Assembly: GCA_937983015.1 (NCBI GenBank)
Contig: CALKAK010000126.1
Coordinates: 77-64,076 of the forward strand
Length of the DNA stretch: 64,000 nucleotides
Reading direction: 5' to 3'
DNA from: an uncultured Bacillaceae bacterium
GTDB taxonomy: Bacteria; Bacillota; Bacilli; Bacillales; Caldibacillaceae
Each line of letters begins with the position of its first letter. Within the stretch, counting starts at the first letter, position 1. The position numbers and the translations under genes were made by a program. The notes under the pieces were generated by a model, which saw only the letters and a list, made by a program, of their open reading frames with translations, was not told the origin of the DNA and did not search any database. Below, piece by piece: positions 59,729 through 64,000 of this stretch.

Positions 59729-61809
59729 TGTTCTGTCTCTTGATAATCACAATTCAGACACTGGATCAAAGTTTGTTTTTTCACTTTTTTCTCAACTAAC
59801 ACCCCGTTACATTTTGGACAAGGTCTGGGCACCGGTTTATCCCAGGTGACAAATTCACATTCTGGATAGCGGGAACAACCATAAAAAATCCGTCTTTTTT
59901 TCGTCCGCCGTTCAACCACTTGTCCTTGGTTACATTTCGGACATGTTACGCCAATTTCCTTCAAAATCGGTTTTGTGTTCCGGCAATCCGGGAAATTACT
60001 GCAGGCCATAAATTTCCCGAACCGGCCCCATTTGATTACCATAGGTGCGCCGCAGCGTTCACAATCCTCACCAGCGTACTCGTCCTGGATCTCGACCGTT
60101 TCCATTTCTTTTTCCGCTTTATCCAGGTTTACGGAAAATTTTTGATAAAAGTCATCGATGATCTTCACCCAATTTTCCCGGCCCTTTTCGATTTCATCGA
60201 GGTCGTTCTCCATCTTGGCTGTAAATTCAACATCGATGATTTCCGGGAAGAATTCTGATAAGAGCGATATTACGATTTCACCTAATTCTGTAGGTACAAA
60301 GCGACGATTCTCCAATGTTACATAACCACGTTTCTGAATTGTTTCAATAATTGGCGCGTATGTGGAGGGCCGACCGATCCCCAATTCTTCAAGCGCTTTA
60401 ACAAGACTTGCCTCCGAATAACGGGGCGGTGGCTGGGTGAAATGTTGTTTGGGGGTGATCGAAAGGGGCTCCACCTCATCGCCTTCTGCCAGGGCTGGTA
60501 AAAGACGATCGTTTTCTTCTATTTTCTCGCCATTATTGTTGAACGAATCTTCCACGTAAACTTTCATAAAGCCTGGAAATTTAATTTTTGAACCCGTAGC
60601 CCGAAAAATGTATGGACCGGAAACGAGATCCACGGTCATGACATCCATCACAGCCGGTGCCATCTGACTTGCCATGAAACGGTCCCAGATTAACTTGTAA
60701 AGTTTGTATTGATCGATCGACAAGTATGGTTTTACCGTTTCTGGCGTTCTCATGGCACTTGTCGGCCGGATCGCTTCATGGGCATCCTGAACATTTTCAT
60801 TTTTTTTCGTTTTCCGTTTCGCCTCGTTGATGTAATCATTTCCGAAATGTTTTGCGATATATTCCTTCGCTTCCTTTTGTGCCACTTCTGAAACCCGTGT
60901 GGAATCTGTACGCATGTACGTTATCAATCCGACGGAACCTTCTTCACCGAGTTCGATACCTTCATACAGTTGCTGGGCAATCATCATCGTTTTTCGAGCC
61001 CGGAAGTTTAATTTTCGTGCAGCCTCCTGCTGGAGTGTAGACGTGATGAAGGGAGGCGCCGGGTTGCGTTTCCGTTCCTTTTTTATCACGGATTTGACGA
61101 TAAAGCGATCGTCCTCCAGTCCAGCAAGGACTTTTTTCACATCTGCCTCTGATTTCAGTTCGATCTTTTCACCGTCTTTACCGAAAAACACCGCCTCGAA
61201 TTTTTCGTTGTCTTTCTGGAATTCACCGCGAATCGTCCAGTATTCTTCCGGTACGAAATTTCTGATTTCATTTTCTCGATCGATGATGAGCCGTACCGCG
61301 ACTGATTGAACACGGCCGGCACTTAAACCTTTCTTTACTTTTTTCCACAGGATCGGACTGATTTTATATCCAACAAGCCGGTCTAAAACCCGGCGGGCTT
61401 GCTGAGCATCGACAAGGTTCAAATCGATCGGACGTGGATGTTTAAAGGATTCTTTTACCGCATCTTCCGTGATTTCATTAAACACAACGCGACATCGTGA
61501 ATTGATATCCACATCCAGTGATTGGGCGAGATGCCAGGCGATCGCTTCGCCTTCACGATCCGGGTCTGCAGCGAGATACACTTTTTTCGCTTTTTTTGCC
61601 GCCGCCTTCAATTCTTTTAACACCGGACCCTTGCCCCTGATCGTGATGTATTTCGGCCGATAATTATTTTCTATATCCACTCCGAACTGGCTCTTCGGTA
61701 GGTCGCGCACATGTCCCATCGAAGCCTTTACTGTAAATTTCTTCCCTAAATATTTTTTAATGGTTTTAGCCTTGGCTGGTGATTCAACGATCACTAAGTA
61801 ATCTGACAT
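59722..61809 (-). CDS. topA: DNA topoisomerase I
   Basis: 695 aa with a Toprim N-terminus ([13 protein letters not shown]) and C-terminal CxxC zinc ribbons. Confidence 0.97.
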   Translation of the reverse strand: MSDYLVIVESPAKAKTIKKYLGKKFTVKASMGHVRDLPKSQFGVDIENNYRPKYITIRGKGPVLKELKAAAKKAKKVYLAADPDREGEAIAWHLAQSLDVDINSRCRVVFNEITEDAVKESFKHPRPIDLNLVDAQQARRVLDRLVGYKISPILWKKVKKGLSAGRVQSVAVRLIIDRENEIRNFVPEEYWTIRGEFQKDNEKFEAVFFGKDGEKIELKSEADVKKVLAGLEDDRFIVKSVIKKERKRNPAPPFITSTLQQEAARKLNFRARKTMMIAQQLYEGIELGEEGSVGLITYMRTDSTRVSEVAQKEAKEYIAKHFGNDYINEAKRKTKKNENVQDAHEAIRPTSAMRTPETVKPYLSIDQYKLYKLIWDRFMASQMAPAVMDVMTVDLVSGPYIFRATGSKIKFPGFMKVYVEDSFNNNGEKIEENDRLLPALAEGDEVEPLSITPKQHFTQPPPRYSEASLVKALEELGIGRPSTYAPIIETIQKRGYVTLENRRFVPTELGEIVISLLSEFFPEIIDVEFTAKMENDLDEIEKGRENWVKIIDDFYQKFSVNLDKAEKEMETVEIQDEYAGEDCERCGAPMVIKWGRFGKFMACSNFPDCRNTKPILKEIGVTCPKCNQGQVVERRTKKRRIFYGCSRYPECEFVTWDKPVPRPCPKCNGVLVEKKVKKQTLIQCLNCDYQETEQE

Positions 61810-61913
61810 AAATATCCTCCTTAGAGGTACCCTACACTTTTTCTCTAGTATTTTTTAATGTGGCAAACCATTTCATGCCAAGATCATGAAACGGCAAATG
61901 TAAATCATCACTA

Positions 61914-61943
61914 ATTATTAATGGAATATATTGTATTTGTCAA
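61914..61943 (-). promoter_or_regulatory. Candidate topA promoter
   Basis: Minus strand: TTGACA (61943-61938), 18 nt, AATAAT (61919-61914). The leader of about 100 nt contains an imperfect hairpin, CCGTTTCATG-ATCTTGG-CATGAAATGG. Confidence 0.3.
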
Positions 61944-62381
61944 CAATGATTCCTTTTCTTAATATACAACGTGTTTTTTGCATTATGCTTCTGAACAAAA
62001 GACGTTTACAGATATTGTTATTTTTTGTTTAGAACTATAAGAACATATATTCGTCAATTTGTCAAATCACTATTTCATTTTATGCCGCCTCATGGGATGA
62101 ATTGTAGTGGTATGATTCCTAAAACCATCATTTCTTGATTGATCGAGTGCAAGTAGAGAATGTTGTTCCTAATACCATCATTTTTCTCCAGAATAAATAA
62201 ACTTAAATTCTAGAAAAATCCCCTATTTCACATTCTTCATTTCCATGAGTACAAATTTTTTGTATAAATTCGCAGTTTCCATTCACTGCAAAGAAAAACA
62301 ATTTTAGCCGCTTAACATGATGGAGCAGGATAAAGCTTATTATATCGTAATCGAGGATGGAAATTTTGTAAAGCGATTACA

Positions 62382-63368
62382 TCAAGAATCGTTTAGGAGA
62401 GGAAGGATTTCTGCGAGAATATCATAAATAGACATTACTGGCGAGGCTCCTTCTTGAATTAAGCGATTCGTTCCCTGAGATTCCTCGTGATCAATCGGTC
62501 CGGGCACACTAAAGACGATCCGCCCTTCCTCTAACGCCATGGAAGCGGTGATGAGCGAGCCGCTACGTTTCCTTGCTTCCACAACGAGCGTACCGTAGTT
62601 CAGGCCGCTGATAATCCGGTTTCGTTCGGGGAACTGATATTTTTCTGGCCTCATCCAGGGTGGATATTCGGACACGATCAAGTGATCCTTGCCGATCCTT
62701 TCAGCCAAAGACCGATGTTCCCGGGGATAAATATGGTTAAACCCGCCAGCGATCACAGCGATGGTTTTACCGCCCGCATTGATCGCGGCAATATGTGCTT
62801 CATAATCGATCCCCCGCGCCAGACCACTCGTGATGACAAAATCATGGGCGACAAGTTCCTGGACAAGCTGGCGTGTTGTTTTTCTTCCGTACGCCGTAGG
62901 TTTCCGTGTGCCGACGACGGCGAGTTGCCTTTTTGCTTTTAACAAAGAAATATCCCCTTTACAATACAAAACCCAGGGAGGCCGGTAAATTTCTTTTAAC
63001 AGATCGGGATACTCGTCATCGAAGTAAGTGATCACTTGAATACCACGCTTTTTATACATAGAAAGATTGTTTTGCAAAGTCGGGGAATGAAGCGATCGAT
63101 ATAAGGAAGATGCAACATAAGGGGGGATTTGAAATGCATGTATCAATTGTTGAGGGGAAAGGGTATAGATGGAAGTCAAGGTGGGATCGAATTGCATCAT
63201 TTTCGCCAATGTGTTCCAGCCGATTCCGGGACATTCATGAAGAAGGATCAGGCGTTCGCGAAGTCCTGTCTTCACTGATTTTCTCCCCATCACTTCATAC
63301 AGCTGTTCACGCTCGCCTCCCACAGTGTAGATTAAACTCCGATGGGAAGCAAGCGATGAACAGTTCAT
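62382..63368 (-). CDS. dprA: DNA processing protein DprA (Smf)
   Basis: Rossmann-like DprA core (...VVGTRKPTAYG...SGLARGID...GSLITA...). The start is uncertain. The ATG at 63368 is 3 nt after the sucD stop and has no clear SD. An in-frame ATG 26 codons downstream is an alternative. Confidence 0.85.
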   Translation of the reverse strand: MNCSSLASHRSLIYTVGGEREQLYEVMGRKSVKTGLRERLILLHECPGIGWNTLAKMMQFDPTLTSIYTLSPQQLIHAFQIPPYVASSLYRSLHSPTLQNNLSMYKKRGIQVITYFDDEYPDLLKEIYRPPWVLYCKGDISLLKAKRQLAVVGTRKPTAYGRKTTRQLVQELVAHDFVITSGLARGIDYEAHIAAINAGGKTIAVIAGGFNHIYPREHRSLAERIGKDHLIVSEYPPWMRPEKYQFPERNRIISGLNYGTLVVEARKRSGSLITASMALEEGRIVFSVPGPIDHEESQGTNRLIQEGASPVMSIYDILAEILPLLNDS

Positions 63369-63371
63369 GGC

Positions 63372-64000
63372 TTAGACAAGATTACGGCACTTTTCGTATA
63401 GGCCGTGCTCTTTCAGGACTTCGATCAAAGTTTCGCCTATAACCGCAGGGGTTTCCGCTACACGGATGCCACATTCATTCATCACTTTGATTTTCGATTC
63501 AGCAGTACCGGTGCCACCAGAAATGATCGCTCCGGCATGCCCCATCCTTTTTCCTGGTGGTGCCGTTCTTCCACCGATAAAACCGACAACCGGTTTCGTC
63601 ATATGATCGCGTACCCAGCGGGCCGCTTCCTCCTCCGCCGTTCCGCCGATTTCACCGATCATGATCACCGCTTCCGTTTCCGGATCTTCATTGAATTCTT
63701 TAAGAACGTCGATAAAATTGGTTCCGTTGACCGGGTCGCCACCGATTCCGACTGCTGTCGTTTGTCCGATCCCCGCTTTGGTCAGCTGGTAGACCGCTTC
63801 ATATGTCAGGGTTCCGGAACGGCTCACGACACCGATATGACCTTTCCGATGAATGTACCCGGGCATAATACCAATCTTACATTCTTCCGCGGTGATCACT
63901 CCCGGGCAGTTCGGTCCGATGAGTCGGGTCTTTTTCCCCTCTAAATACCTTTTGACTTTTACCATATCTAAAACAGGTATATGTTCCGTGATACAAATGA
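63372..64000 (-). CDS. sucD: Succinyl-CoA ligase alpha subunit, C-terminal about 209 codons. The 5' end lies beyond the window end.
   Basis: ...GPNCPGVI...SRSGTLTYE...[10 protein letters not shown] (phosphohistidine loop). The frame stays open to position 64000, so the track's internal M at 63965 is not the true start. Confidence 0.93.
   Translation of the reverse strand, partial: ICITEHIPVLDMVKVKRYLEGKKTRLIGPNCPGVITAEECKIGIMPGYIHRKGHIGVVSRSGTLTYEAVYQLTKAGIGQTTAVGIGGDPVNGTNFIDVLKEFNEDPETEAVIMIGEIGGTAEEEAARWVRDHMTKPVVGFIGGRTAPPGKRMGHAGAIISGGTGTAESKIKVMNECGIRVAETPAVIGETLIEVLKEHGLYEKCRNLV

Overview
This window is core chromosome of an endospore-forming, flagellated Bacillaceae-type Firmicute. 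The ORF products are consistently closest to what I recall of Bacillus/Geobacillus proteins, but I cannot name a species. All credible genes (about 66 CDS) are on the minus strand. Read in reverse, the order is collinear with the B. subtilis block sucD-dprA-topA-codV(xerC)-clpQ/clpY(hslVU)-codY, then the complete fla/che operon (flgB to swrB, about 28 kb), then rpsB-tsf-pyrH-frr-uppS-cdsA-rasP(rseP)-proS-polC-rimP-nusA-ylxR-ylxQ-infB-ylxP-rbfA-truB-ribC(ribF)-rpsO-pnp-ylxY-mlpA-ymxH-dpaA. I found no rRNA or tRNA genes, CRISPR arrays, transposases, phage genes or defence-type genes. The long plus-strand ORFs in the track are antisense shadows of the real genes. Many upstream-most starts in the track are over-extended, so I moved them to the start that has a Shine-Dalgarno sequence and gives a homolog-like N-terminus. 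I do not see a convincing new multi-gene system, and I regard this as an ordinary housekeeping and motility region. The leads worth a second look are local: (1) a helically phased array of TTTGTCRAA-like (Spo0A-box-like) repeats, plus a CodY-box-like site, in the codY-flgB control region; (2) an uncharacterised, tightly coupled 101-aa basic ORF between sigD and swrB; (3) two clean gene absences relative to the conserved Bacillales order, dxr between cdsA and rseP and trmFO between topA and xerC; (4) a CodY-box-like palindrome over the -35 of the apparent xerC-hslVU-codY promoter; (5) a 572-bp AT-rich spacer between dprA and topA with a tandem 20-bp repeat that reads as two coupled MMVLG mini-ORFs; (6) several structured leaders and spacers (rpsB, rpsO, pnp, flgE 3' end, polC-rimP). 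All motif and hairpin calls were made by eye and need computational or experimental confirmation.
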